Below are positions 13,901 to 27,189 of a stretch of DNA of 64,000 bases, in pieces. The DNA is from Eledone cirrhosa. Lineage: Eukaryota. The stretch is from the NCBI GenBank assembly GCA_964016885.1, contig OZ024742.1, positions 50,220,001 through 50,284,000 of the forward strand, in the 5' to 3' direction. A program made the translations under genes and the position numbers. The notes under the pieces are model-generated. The model was not told the origin of the DNA. It worked only from the letters and a program-made list of their open reading frames with translations, and made no database searches. Numbering within the stretch: the first letter of the stretch is position 1; every line of letters begins with the position of its first letter.

Positions 13901-14594
13901 AAGAACAACCAGAGACCATTGACCATATAATTTCAATGTGCAGTCCTATAGCTCCAACCGAATACCTAAACAGGCATGACAGAGCTGCACAAAACATACA
14001 TTGGATAATGTGTAAGCATTTTGACCTGCCCCATCAAAAGAATTGGTGGGAGCATCAACCACCTCCCATACTCGAAAAAGATGACATCTCAATCTTGTGG
14101 AACTTTAGCATCCAAACAGACCGAAAAATAGATGCAAATAGACCTGATATAATATTGAAAGACTTTAAAAAGAGGGTATGCCTGCTAATTGATATGTCTG
14201 TTCCAATAGACAAGAATGTATCTATAAAAACATTTGAAAAATTGAGCAAGTATAAGGACCTGGAGAAAGAAATTGGAAAAATGTGGAAATTGAGAACTAA
14301 AACAATACCAGTGGTTGTAGGCGCTCTGGGAATGATACCTAAGGGGTCTAACGACTACTTATCGCAAATCTCAGGAAACCCGCGTATAGGAGAAATACAA
14401 AAGATAGTACTAATGGGAACTGCCCATATACTAAGGAAGATCCTGTCAATATAAGTACATCACAAGTCTAAATACTAAGGATGCATGTGTGAATATGTAT
14501 GTTCTTTCTTGAACATGGCGGACCTTGTTGTCTCTTGAGGTCACTGGTTGTGACTTGGTGATAACTCGTATGAACATAAAGCAAGATAAATGCA

Positions 14595-14631
<37 letters not shown>

Positions 14632-14645
14632 TTAACAATAATAAT
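10910..14645 (+). mobile_element. Near full-length, decayed R4/Dong-clade retrotransposon (single frameshifted ORF 11078-14454)
   Basis: Motifs NYRPITCL, FQGDSLSPLLF, HLFYMDDMKL, YKYLG, GGRGL, CRLCKE..ETIDHIISMC, RHD, NRPDII, DMSVP and EKLSKY, with a (TAA)n tail. Confidence 0.93.
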
Positions 14646-15836
14646 ATGAATAGTTTAGGGTATATAAATAACATCGAGAAGAAATGCAACTGTAGAAGGA
14701 AGTCAGAATGTCCCTTACAAAATAACTGCCATAACAAGAATCTAGTATATAAATGCACCATTAAGACAAATAATAATATATACAACTACATCGGTGCGAC
14801 TACATATGTGTTTAAACTTCGTTGGTACAATCACAAAAATTCCTTTTCGAAATCAGACAAACAATCTTCAACTTCACTCTCACAATTAATATGGTCTTTG
14901 AAGGACAAGAATATTAAATACTCCATCTCTTGGATACGGCTAAAAAATGCCAATTCTTATCGGAACGCTTCCATTTCGCCAAATTACAATCTTTGCAATC
15001 TTGAGACTCTATTGATAGTTACAAATTATGACAATTTAATTTATAAGAAGAAAGATTTATTTAGCACCTGCCAACATAGAGCCGGTAAAACATTCGAAGC
15101 ATTATACAAGTTTCGAAAGTATATTGACAATTAATCATTTTTATAAATATATTTATATTTATAAATTTTGCCTTACCGTAGTAATAATGTATTGACGTTT
15201 TATCTATTGTAATAATTTCTTTATGAGTCTCTGTATCCTAAATATTTCATCAGGACAATTCAATATTTAACTTGATAATTGTTGATTTATGGTTTAGAAA
15301 TATCACTCGATTTCAGAGTAGATATATTGTTTAATGGTCAAATATGGTGAATGAGTTATCATCCTTTTATTTACATTCTTCGTAAAAATGTTATTCTGTT
15401 TGAATAGCTTGCTATTTTAAGTTTTGACATAAATTATACAGTTGAATAATATAAGTATTTCTTTAAAAGGAAACTGCAATAATTTTTTTTTAAATTGTAA
15501 CAAAATACTTATGTAATATATTATCTAAACCAGAAGTTAAAATCTATAATGAGTTAAATTAAATTATATAAATTTTTAATTAAATAAATATGTGAAGGCT
15601 ATGAAAAGTCATGTATATTGAATAATTTTAATTTGTTATATTAGTATAATTAGCATAACCATAACCAAATATCAGAGATATTCAATGCTCTGTGGTAACT
15701 GATTGGTTGACTCAATTGACCTAATATTTGAAAACAACGGTTTTTAATATTTTTTTGTCGTTGTTTCTTCCACCTTTCTTCTTCTCTTCTTATTTATAAA
15801 TATTTCTTCATCTTTTTCACCCATCTATATATTCAC
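14646..15836 (+). mobile_element. Naiad-type Penelope element copy B: GIY-YIG ORF (14646-15134) plus 3' UTR, resuming at 18200-18545
   Basis: Motifs CNCRRKSECPLQNNC, NLVYKC, YIGAT, NLCNLE and STCQH. Confidence 0.88.
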
Positions 15837-15837
15837 T

Positions 15838-18200
15838 AGCGGCGATGAAGTAGTTTTGCGAGGTTTTTTATATGAAATCGTGTGTCGAAACAAATATTGT
15901 TATACTTGGGGAGGGTCTTATTTGTGTAATATTGCCAGAATTAATAACAGAACACACTCACTGTTTGGTTGGTTTTCGCTTCTCGCTGTCTTTTATATCG
16001 GTAATCTAACTTACTCGGTCCTCAATGTTGCCATTGACTGACCGACGGTCAAAAATAATACAGATACAATATAGACACAAACACATATATATAGTTTATC
16101 ATAAATCTTTCGTTGCACATCTGCAACATCGTCAGTGGTGTTATATTTTCCTCCTGTTGTGTTGTATGTCTACGCCATTTTTTATTCAGTCTGTCTATAT
16201 ATTTATTTATTTATTTGCTTGTTTGTTTATTTTATTTTGTCTTCTTTGCGCATGCGTTTGCGTGTGTGTATAGTGTTATGTTTGCTGTGTGATGGGTGAC
16301 TAGTGTGTGTTTATGTGCTTGTTGTTATTGTGCTTGTGTATGTATTTATTTATCTCATTTTATTTACTTATTTATACTTCTCTTAGGTCAGTGTTGTTTG
16401 TTTGGGTGTTGTTGTTATTCCATTCATTCTCTCTGTTTAGCTTTGGTCTTCTAATTTCAATTTCACTGGCCTCTCTGATTTGCCTATCTGCTGGGTCATT
16501 TCTATGTTTAGATATTATTCTAATTTCTATGTTGTTGTCTAGCATATTCGTATAGTACTGACCCGTTTTTTCGTCCTTTTAGTTCCCCCCAGTGTTGGTC
16601 TATCCTTTCACCTATGCTATGAGCTGTCTCACCTATGTATGTTGTTGTCATGTTTCTGCAAGTACCCTCTGTACATCTTATGCTATAGATTACGTTTCTA
16701 GTTTTACAGTTTATCCGGGGGTTCACCTTACATATGATACATTTCCTATTGGTACAGTGGGTTTTCTTAGAAGGGTAGGTTTTGCTGATCAGGGATTTTA
16801 TGGTGGTTCCTGTCTTTTCTACCACCTTTATTTTTAAGTGGGTCTTTCTCAGGGCCTTTCTACACTGGTTAGCTAATTTCCCTCCAGGGGTGGCGTCCAC
16901 AAACATGACACTCTGGTATCTCTGGTTGTCGTACCATGATGTGGCTTTCCCTATCTTATGTCTAGCCCTATCTAAGCTATTCCATGATGTGCTCCTGTAT
17001 AATGGGCAAATTCCTTTCATGTCCAGTTCTATGAGGGTCTTATACTTTTCCATGGCTCCTTCGTATACTCTGACTCTGTCTCTTTGGTTGTAGCCAGAGA
17101 ACTGCATGCGGTTGATGAAGTGTTGGATGTGTCTTTACATTTCTGTTGGGTCGCACATGCGGGACACATTCTTCATCACTCGTACCAAATCTGCGATCAG
17201 AATATTAAACTTAGCACTACTGGACATTACTGAGGTTTTGAGTATCAGGTATTTGGAAGCCATGGGTTTAGCATAGTGTGAGTGGAGAATTTGGGCTCTC
17301 TCGTCTATAGTGTTAATCCAGAGTTCTGTGTCTAATACAGGTAGTCTATTGTTAGGGTGTTTGGACGGGAAGTCGATAGTTACATTTATACTCTGGTGTA
17401 TGGAATTAGCTATCTGCTGGATGCTTTCCATCGTGTTACGTTCTAAATCAAACTTGTTAGTGCTCTCTAGTGGGGTGTTCTTATAACTATATTGATATCG
17501 TCTACATAACGAGAGTATATGATGAGGTCTATGGAGCTTTCATTAAGGAGATCTTTAAGTCTCCTTTCCCACCATACCATGAAAAGGTTGGCAACATCAC
17601 CAGCTATGCTGACGCCGATGGCTGCTCCCTCATTTTGGGTGTAGATTTTCTCATTGAACTTAAATATGTGGCCCTTTAGGGTAGTTTTGATACTAGACCC
17701 TATTGCATGTGCGACCATTTTTCTTACCTGATCATTGTTTTGGGGGGTCCGTATAGCTTTGGTCCACCCAATCCCCTTCCCATGGGAGTCTTTTTTGCCA
17801 TTGAGGTTATGGTGGGGCGTCTACCTCTTATAGGTCTACTAGGGCAGAAACATCTAAGGTCATGGCTGTCTAGGTAGTCAGTGTCGTAGGTAAGTCTAAG
17901 TAGGAGGCCCAGTTCGTCTGTGTCGACGTCGCAGAACTCCACCTCACTCTCAATGATCATCTCCACACATATTTTCACAGCAAAATCAATGTTAATGGAT
18001 GGGTACAGTGACACCACATCCATGCTGCCTATTATGCAGTTCGATAGGCTCCTGTTTTTGTTGCACTCACTGATTCTGCTGAGGAGGTCCTCTGTACTGT
18101 CACATACATCTGGGGACATCTTGATTATGGGGCGTATAACCATTATAACTGTTATTAATTCTGGCAATATTACACAAATATGACCCTCCCCAAGTATAAC
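15838..18200 (-). mobile_element. Second Penelope-like element (RT + GIY-YIG, 5'-truncated) nested in the tail of copy B
   Basis: Motifs GSMDVVSLYPSI, GAAIGVSIAGDVANLFM, YSRYVDD, LPVLD and NVIYSIRC...YIGET. Inverted ends 15899-15950 / 18149-18200. CTATATATTCA is duplicated at the flanks. Confidence 0.88.
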
Positions 18201-18339
18201 TATATATTCATTGATATATGTATTTTTTCCCTTTCTTTTTATTATATTTTTTTTTTGCATATCCTCTTCTTTACACGCTTTCTCATATATCTAATTCGCT
18301 CCATAGATAAATGTATGTCATATATCAAATCATATATTT

Positions 18340-18400
18340 CATGTGACGAGGACGTACTGGAAAAAACAACAACACAGTACTCTCGAAATATATATAATAA
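18340..18400 (+). ncRNA. Degenerate hammerhead motif in PLE tail
   Basis: gTGACGA, helix II GTACTG/CAGTAC, GAAA-TATA-TA. C3 is mutated. A more decayed copy lies at ~3455-3510 (-). Confidence 0.45.
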
Positions 18401-18600
18401 AGCATATATTTTGATTATGTGAATATCTTCATTTGTTAATATGTTGAATAATACTAAAACTCCAGAAAAATAATTGTTGAGTGCTTTTCATCTATTATAA
18501 AAGTGTATTCATTGAGTAATCAATGAACCATATTAATCTTTTGTCATATTTAGCTCCCTGAAGATTGAGCGCTTCTTCTGCAATAGATTACCAACAAGTG

Positions 18601-19292
18601 ATGGAGTCCTTCAGTATTTCTTCATCTCTTAAGATATACCTTTACCATCTAACGAGGAATATATGAAAAAGCTTATTGCACAATCCAACAATAAGAAGAC
18701 TGCGGTGACATGCTTTCAATTTGAAAATAAAGAGAAAACGGATAAGAAAAAACACCAACTACAATTTCGAGCATATTTTTAAATCTAGGAAAAATCCTCC
18801 TTACAACAAGCTTTGGCTAATTTCGAAACGAAATTCTAAATATATTAAGGAATATAAAGTTAAAAAAAAAAACCATATAGAGGCCAAGAATACCTCAGAA
18901 TTCTAAAGGGAAACATTTATGACACACAGAAAGTAGACAAAATATTAGTGAAATCTGACAAAACAAATAATCTATATGTGATTGAAAGAACAAATTACAA
19001 CGACTTAATTTTAAAAGAATTGAGAAAAAATTTCAAAAGGCCCCAAATGAAGACTTATTGTATATTAACAATGATGCATTTAAAATTATCACATATCTCT
19101 GAATAGTGCAGAAAACCGAACCGTTCATACCAGGGCAACCACGGATAAATTTTAAAAACCATAAAAGTAATTTTGAAGAAGAATTACCTGCTAGACTTAT
19201 TGCACATTCGAAATCAGATCTCGGAAGAAATCGTAAAAACATTATAGATAGGATTTTACCAACGGTAAAATTGAGGTCAAGGCTAAACCTTA
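18601..19292 (+). pseudogene. 5' part of a Naiad-type Penelope ORF in tandem behind the pLTR
   Basis: Frameshifted translation MESFSISSSL-DIPLPSNEEYMKKLI...LVKSDKTNNLY...KNHKSNF...ARLIAHSKSDLGR shows the DKT motif and the KDHK..F..RLINP.KS.IG-like motif. Confidence 0.8.
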
Positions 19293-19527
19293 ACATATAT
19301 ACAAAAGTACAGTATATTCGAAGTTCGAGTAGCAGCTATGCCAACGAATGCCATCAGCAGTGCAGCCAAGAAATCGATAAGGTATAGACCTCAGAGTAAT
19401 AACGTACAGTTTAAAGGGCTTTGCAAATTGAAAATACCGACCGCTAATTCAGCTGCGTGATCTGTAGCATCGAAAGAACTGACTAGTGAGAAAATAATAC
19501 ACACACATCATACACACACATATATGT

Positions 19528-19558
<31 letters not shown>

Positions 19559-19623
19559 GATATACATATATATATATACACATACATACGTATATGCACA
19601 TATCTGTATATATAACATACCTG

Positions 19624-19775
<152 letters not shown>

Positions 19776-20103
19776 CGTGTGCGTGTGTGTGTGTGTGTGC
19801 GCGTTCGTATGTAGGATTCAACAATTTCTCAATAACCACCGTATCATAGCTGACATAGAGTGTAGCATTAATACATTTTTATGTTCCTATATAGGTATTC
19901 TCCCATATAACGGAAGTGTGATACCTGTGAAGTAACGCCTTCGGGTCTGCCTTTGTATTGCCATCACAGAATGCATACTATCTGCGAAGCGATTCATTCA
20001 CACGTAGTAATATTTTCACCCACACTATTGGATAGCATCGTCGTTTATATAGACACACATACATACACACAATTATATGCATGTAGGTCATGACCTACGT
20101 ATA

Positions 20104-20139
<36 letters not shown>

Positions 20140-20242
20140 TATATGTATTTCCGACTATAGTAAATATATGTGTGTGTAAAATAATGAATGTATGTGTGTA
20201 TTAAGGTATGTATGTATTTATATGTGTATCTATGTACGTATG

Positions 20243-20289
<47 letters not shown>

Positions 20290-20329
20290 CGAAGGAAAGG
20301 AGGTAAGGAACCAGATGGACCATAATGCA

Positions 20330-21735
20330 CCAAAGTACTCAATACTTAATGTATTAGAGTGGGTAATAGGAACAAGTATGACCCCGACGGCAGAGCTCAC
20401 GCCGTTTCGACTGCTAATTCTGGACTAAATAAGAATGTTTAGCCTGGTAAATAAATAGCCGAACTTCTGAGTTTGATAGGTGGAGAAACATACTAAATAC
20501 GAGATTATAGTGAAAGAATTTTATAAAGCCGGCTTTACAGGGTGTCTAACACCACTGTTATAGTTAGTAGTAATAAGCCAATGCTATCTTAGAATGACAG
20601 GTTAGTGAGTTGAGAACGAACATACTAAAATACTATTACAAACATACTAATACGAAATATTAATTCAGAATACTAATACATAAATACTAATACAAGAATA
20701 CTAATACAAAAATACCACTAAGAAATTTAGAAATCACGGAAATGGAGCAGCAACCAGAAAGAAAACAATTTACTGGGGTCTAACCCATCTGCTATAATAA
20801 GCGTAATCGGCCAATTCTATCTTAAAATTAGGGGTTTGGGGGTACTGAGGCTACTGAGGCCACCCCGAGGCAGCCCATAGGTTCTCTGTAGCCTCAGAAC
20901 CACCCACCACCCTAATTTTAAGATAGAATTGGCCAATTAGACCCCAGTAAATTGTTTTCTTTCTGGTTGTTGCTCCATTTCCGTGATTTCAAAATTTCTT
21001 AGTGGTATTTTTGTATTAGTATTCTTGTATTAGTATTTATGTATTAGTATTCTGAATTAATATTTCGTATTAGTATTTTTGTAGTAGTATTTTAGTATGT
21101 TTGTTCTCAACTTATTAACCTGTCATTATAAGATAGCATTGGCTTATTACTACTAACTATAACAGTGGTGTTAGACCCCCTGTAAAGCCGGCTTTATAAA
21201 ATCTTTAACTACAATCTCGTATTTAGTATTTTTCTCCACCTATTAAACTTTTCTATAGCTTAGCAATACCAATGAGAGATTTGGTGATTGTGGCGATAGA
21301 ATAGTAACCAGAAATTGTTTTTTATATATTTATTTTCTCATTTTTATAATGTTTTTTTTTGTTTACTCCCTTTCGATTTACGTATTCTTTCAACTCGCCC
21401 CCCCCCTTCTCGAGTACACTATTTTCGACATTCTATAGACTATCCTTAGAATCTGCTGTATAGATTTCACTTCAACGCATGACTGGGTTTCCCCCACTCC
21501 CTCTTTGTTCTACCGGCAAGTTCAGCTACCCCTTCCCCTACTAAATGCCATGATAGAATCATCTGTCATACAACAAACTTTCACCAATTCTTTTGACAAT
21601 TACTATCTTCCCATATAAGGAATTACCCCCTGAGAAGTTCGGCTATTTATTTACCAGGCTAAACATTCTTATTTAGTCCAGAATTAGCAGTCGGAACGGC
21701 TTGAGCTCTGCCGTCGGAGTCATACTTGTTCATAT
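20330..21735. repeat. 1.4-kb foldback element between (TA)n tracts
   Basis: Inverted pairs 20370-20470/21632-21732, 20478-20780/20940-21245 and 20808-20855/20888-20937. Confidence 0.9.
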
Positions 21736-22374
21736 ATATATAAATATATATATATATAAATATATTAATATATATCACATATGTATATATGTATATATAT
21801 ATATGTGTGTATGTAAGTGCGCGTGCCTGTGTCCGTGTTTGTATACGAAAGACACATTTATACACGTATGTATGGGTGTATTTCGGAACACATGTGCTTT
21901 TGATTTTAACATTTTATACATTGATTTAGAATTATTTATTTGATCGACAATATATACTTGAAAATGTATATGGATTTCCTGACATTGCCAGAAGCCTTTT
22001 ACCCTATCATTATATTTAATATTTTCCCTATGTCACTTGACAGAAACGTTGAATATGATACAGTATAAAGAGCGAGTTGTATTTTATAACCTAAACTTTT
22101 AACTGCAGTTTAGAAATTGGTAAAATTTGAATGATATAGCATACAATTGCAACATTCAAAAGGATTTCAAATCAAGACGTGTTATTTTTTCTATTTCCTA
22201 GTTAATAGACATAAGATGTCCAATTATTCCAATGAGTATGTTTGGTAAAGTATGCTTCATAATAATTTCCAAATACTTTCTGAATTGACTCACAATATTA
22301 CTGTTGAAAAGCTGAGGAGTATAGAATCCATGTTTCAAGTAATATACCTAGCATCACAAATTTTTAAGGAACAT

Positions 22375-22418
<44 letters not shown>

Positions 22419-22485
22419 ACATATGTTGTATAAATATACATAAACATGTGAATATATATACACATATCTATATGTATAAATGCAA

Positions 22486-22529
<44 letters not shown>

Positions 22530-22989
22530 TGTGCAAATTTGGCCGTAACAAAACAGAGAGGCAGACAAATAAAGGTTTATTGGGTTCACGCTCTTGAGAG
22601 TGGTACACGCATTTAGCCTACAGCATTTATATAACATTTTCTAATACTTCAGCTACCTTTGATATATGACGCTGAAATAATGTTAGTAGCTTTAATTATT
22701 TGAGTAGCTGGTTAAGTGGGATAACTCTAAGGCTGATGGAGAATAACCTTTTCGTTAATAGAAATAGCATGGCATATTCGCATGAATAAATCCACTAGAT
22801 CTCTCTTCACTAGTGTTAGCTTGAGATGAAAGTAGAAACTAAATTATAGACAAATACCGAACACAAGCATAATGGTATATACCAGTGCAGTCACCAGCAT
22901 GATAATGTAGACAATGCAGGCAAACTCACTTGACACGCACGCACAAACATATACACACACACATATATATATATGTATTTATATATATA

Positions 22990-23460
22990 TATATAAGAAT
23001 GTATACGTACATACATATATGTATACAGACGTACAGTAGTATGTATATATATATACATACATGCACACATATATATATATGTACGTATGGATTCACCGAA
23101 CATTTATTATAATGCTCGGTCTGTTTGTAAACAAACATCCCGTATTAAGCCGTAGTGTCTAGCAACCATCGTTGCTCGTTTGTTCAACACTGACAGAGGA
23201 ACGCTGTACTAGTTTCAAGCTTCTTAGCTATCGTCAGCAACGTTTACCTTCCTGCCAGATGATTGAACGTCTGAAAGTATATACTTTCCTTATGCATATT
23301 AACGGCTGAGTAGCCCAATTTGCATATCGAGTGGGTTAATCGGCCGGGTGCACCGAAAGCGATAAACGGAAAAAAATGACATACTGCTGTACGGAAAAAT
23401 GACGTACTACTGTATGTCTGTATACATATATGTATGTACGTATACATACTTATATTTAAT
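22990..23460. repeat. Short foldback element (arms ~22995-23045 / 23403-23455) enclosing a hammerhead
   Basis: ATGTATACGTACATACATATATGTATACAGACGTACAGTAGTA versus TACTACTGTATGTCTGTATACATATATGTATGTACGTATACAT. The arms are partly low-complexity. Confidence 0.65.
23200..23244 (-). ncRNA. Minimal type I hammerhead ribozyme, canonical core
   Basis: AACGTTG-CTGACGA-tAGCT(aaga)AGCTt-GAAA-CTAG-TA-CAGCGTT: 7-bp helix I, 4-bp helix II and palindromic loop III. Confidence 0.8.
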
Positions 23461-23515
23461 AACAGCCGTACTAAGAGTGGGAAATGAATTTTCGTTTCAT
23501 TTTTTTCGTTTATAT

Positions 23516-23659
<144 letters not shown>

Positions 23660-23689
23660 TTAGATTGATAGATTGATAGATAGATAGAT

Positions 23690-26600
23690 AGATTTCTTTA
23701 TGGCCAGAAGGGCGCACAATAAAAGGGGATAATACAAAGACATGCCGGGGATTCTACATACAGTCGTGTAAAAAATATAAACGAACAATTATAACAAACG
23801 AAATCCCTAATAGGGGGAAAGCGCCAAAAGTGGGTTGTTTAAAACCCCGTCGATAGAACAACCCTCGACTCCAGGAGCGTGTTGTGCAAGTACTCCTTTC
23901 TTCCTTTTGCTCTCTTCTTTAAACTACAGGTTTATAAACAGAGAAGGCCCAATCGCTCGGGCCATTTTCGCTTCATTCACCCACCTTTCAGTAAATTTAC
24001 TGTGGTGCAGTGCCTCTCCCTGCACTCTGATTCTCCTTCTAAAGTGATACTTAAAGAAGGGAATCAATTGTTGTCGGGAGAGAAAGGCATCTGTCCTTAG
24101 TCCTCTCAATCTCGTCCACCATATAACTTTTTTCACCATAGCCACTGTACAGAGGAAAACCGCCTCTCTTTCTTTTTTGAAAGAGGCTGGCGGTTTGATC
24201 CTTACTATGGACTGGGCAGTCAACTGGATTTGTCCCATACGCGTCAGCAGTTGTTCTGTATAGTTCTACAGATCGGTTACGCCCGGGCAGTGTACAATTG
24301 CGTGCAGGACTGTTTCAATGTCCTGCGCGCATCTTGGACACGTCCTCTTGGAAGGATCCGTGCCGGGGCGTCCGTGCATGTAGATCTAGTCACGAACCGG
24401 TAGAGCTCCTCTGTAGCACTGCCAGGCCAGGGACCTCTGGAAGTTGTCCATAGGTCCCGGACGGAAAGTCGTACCAAACAGACGGGTGAGCTCATCGTCT
24501 TCGACGCCCAGAGTCTCTTCGAGCTTATCGTCGCCCTTGTAACGTACAATCCCTCTATAGAATGTTGAAGTGGAGTCTCTACTGATTGCTGTGCCCGCTT
24601 GCCAGAGGACTGTGAGCGCCCGAGCGCATTCAATGTGCCAGACGCCCATGGTTTTTGGTCTTTTCTTGACCCAGGTCTGCAGTTTCATCAGCGAGACGAG
24701 CTGTGGGAAAGCCTGTCACACAAACGGTGGCCACAACGGTTGGGGGTCGGTGAGGAATGCTTGGAGATGCCGCAGCCTCAGCACATGTTTGCACATCATC
24801 AGCCACGGCATTCCCAGCCCTCCGTTGGAAGGGTGCTGACAGCAGACGGATCTCTTCACCAGCGGAGCCTGCTTCTTTCACAGAAACTGGAAGAGCATGC
24901 GTTCGATCTTGGCGAGGTGTTCACGGGGACAAGGCACGACAGTCAACGGTAGTAGATGACGGACGCTATGAAGGTTGTCGCCACCTCCGTTCGACCTTTA
25001 AAGGACAGTTTGTACTCTGCCCACTTCTGGGTGAGCGCAAATGCCTTGGCCGTGACCTCGTACCAGTTCTTGTCCACCTGGAGGTCTGGACCGAACCAGA
25101 CCCCAAGCAATTTCACCGGTCCGTCCGTCCAGCGTCCAACGACGCTGTCGGACGTCATCGGTTTGCCTCTCCACGTACCAAGCTGCAAACCGACAGACTT
25201 GTCCGGGTTTAGTTTTGCTCCCGTCAGCCTTTCGTATTCTTTCAGTAAGTTGCCGATCACCCCGATTTACGAGGTGCTCGACACCATCACCGTCATGTCG
25301 CCGGCATAAGCTGACGCCGCTTTGCGCAGTCCGGTTCTAGAGGGATGCCCTGCAAGAGCTCCAATTTCCGCAGTAGTGGCTCTAGAGTCATTACATACAT
25401 AATGGAGGAGAGAGTGCACCCCTGTCGAATGGAACGCGTGATTGCGAACGGCTCCGATAGGTAGCCGTTCACCTTGACCCCCGAGCAGATGCGGGTGTGC
25501 ATCACCTCGATCTAGCCTCTGACAACGGGACCGAAGCCAGCCGCCTTTAGAACCGCTTCCACGTATCAATGGTCGACCCTATCGAATTCCTTAGACTGAT
25601 CCAAATTGATTAGAGCCCCACCGAAGCCGGGTTTACTACCCACCCTCTCTATGATATATCGCATCTGGTGGTGGTTTTCGTGTATGGACCTGGTCGGGAT
25701 TGCACACGTTGCGCTTTTCCTACCAGGTTCTCGACGACAAGTGCCAACTTTGTCGCTAGCACCTTGGCCAAAATCTTTAACTCTGTGTTCAGCAGAGTTA
25801 TGGGCCTGAAGTTGTTAATTTCGTCCCATTTGTTCTCATCTTTCCTGGTCAGTGTTACAACTCCCTTGCCTGAAGAACTGGGAATTCTTCCGTTCTGCTG
25901 CCAACTGCAGTAGACGGCTTCGAGGACGCCAAAGAACAAGTTCGGCCAGCCTATGTAAAACTCATAGAGTAGACCATCTAGACCGGGTGACTTGCGTTTC
26001 TCGCAGCGGCCCAGAGCGTCCCGTATCTCAGTGTCCGTGATTGGTCTTTCGCAGAACACGGCGTCCGTTTTCGAGAGACGCGGTAGGCCGTCGAAGTATG
26101 AACTAAAGTCCATTACACAGTTCGGCTCACCGTCGTTCTGCTCAAACAGTCGCGCAAAGTACTGCTGAAAGGCCGCGCACATTTGCTTGGGGTCATGTAG
26201 CACGCGTCCGTTTTGGCCTTTCAAAGATCGAATCGTGGACTTGTTGCAACTCTTTGCCTCCGCCACTCAGGCCCAGCTGATAGCTTTCGCTCCTTGGTTT
26301 CCTAGCACATGTGTTTTGCTTCTGACTACGCAGCCTTCGTGTTTCGCATCGAAGAACTGGTCCAGTGCCGTTCTCGACGCTAACACTCTAGCCGCGTTGC
26401 CACTTCTAAGTGCCTCCTCTACCTTGGCTACTAGTTCTCTTTCTATTTTGTTTTTCTCTAAGGCTAACTCTCTGCTAAACCCTATCCATTCTATTCTAAT
26501 TGCTTTCTTGTGAGCGTACCACCATCTGTTGTTGACGATGGCTCCCGGTAACTGATGCTTGACTAGTCTACTTATCCTTTCACTGTAAGGTTTACGTGCC

Positions 26601-26790
26601 GGCAACGAGACATTCAGCTTCCAGTATCCGCGTTCCTGTCTATCTGTTCTATCACGGTTGACAAAGCAGACGACTAATTTGTGATCTGAATAGGCAACCA
26701 TGTGCATTCGTGGACAGCTTAACATCTTTCTCTAGTAAAGAACCTATCAAAATACGATCTAGATGTCCCGTTGCGGTTTGCACACGTCCA
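23690..26790 (-). mobile_element. 5'-truncated, decayed Tx1/L1-clade LINE ORF2 (APE C-terminus, RT, zinc knuckle)
   Basis: Motifs YSDHKLV, GYWKLN, KSPGLDG, NFRPITLLN, SIRQGC.LS, AYAGD and LLGVWFG. The 3' end abuts (TC)n/(TA)n. Confidence 0.92.
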
Positions 26791-26810
26791 CTGTGTGTGT
26801 GTGTGTGTGC

Positions 26811-26894
<84 letters not shown>

Positions 26895-27189
26895 ATAATA
26901 TATATGTATGAAAATATAAAGAAAGTTTCGATTGTGTAGGGCAGATCAATAATGCTCGAGGTGATTGCGGAAACGGAATATGGAAAGACTGTTTACCAAA
27001 TATTTTTCTCCGCGAGTTCTTTAGAATTATGTAGCATATATAGCTAAGTAAAATTGTTGATACAATTGCCAAGGAGAAGTTTACAAAGTATTCTATATAT
27101 ATAACCCGGAAAAAATTAGGAAACATAAGGCAGAAAGTGGTGTACAGAAGAATAATTTATTGTGCATTCTAACTTTAAAATAAGTCTCT

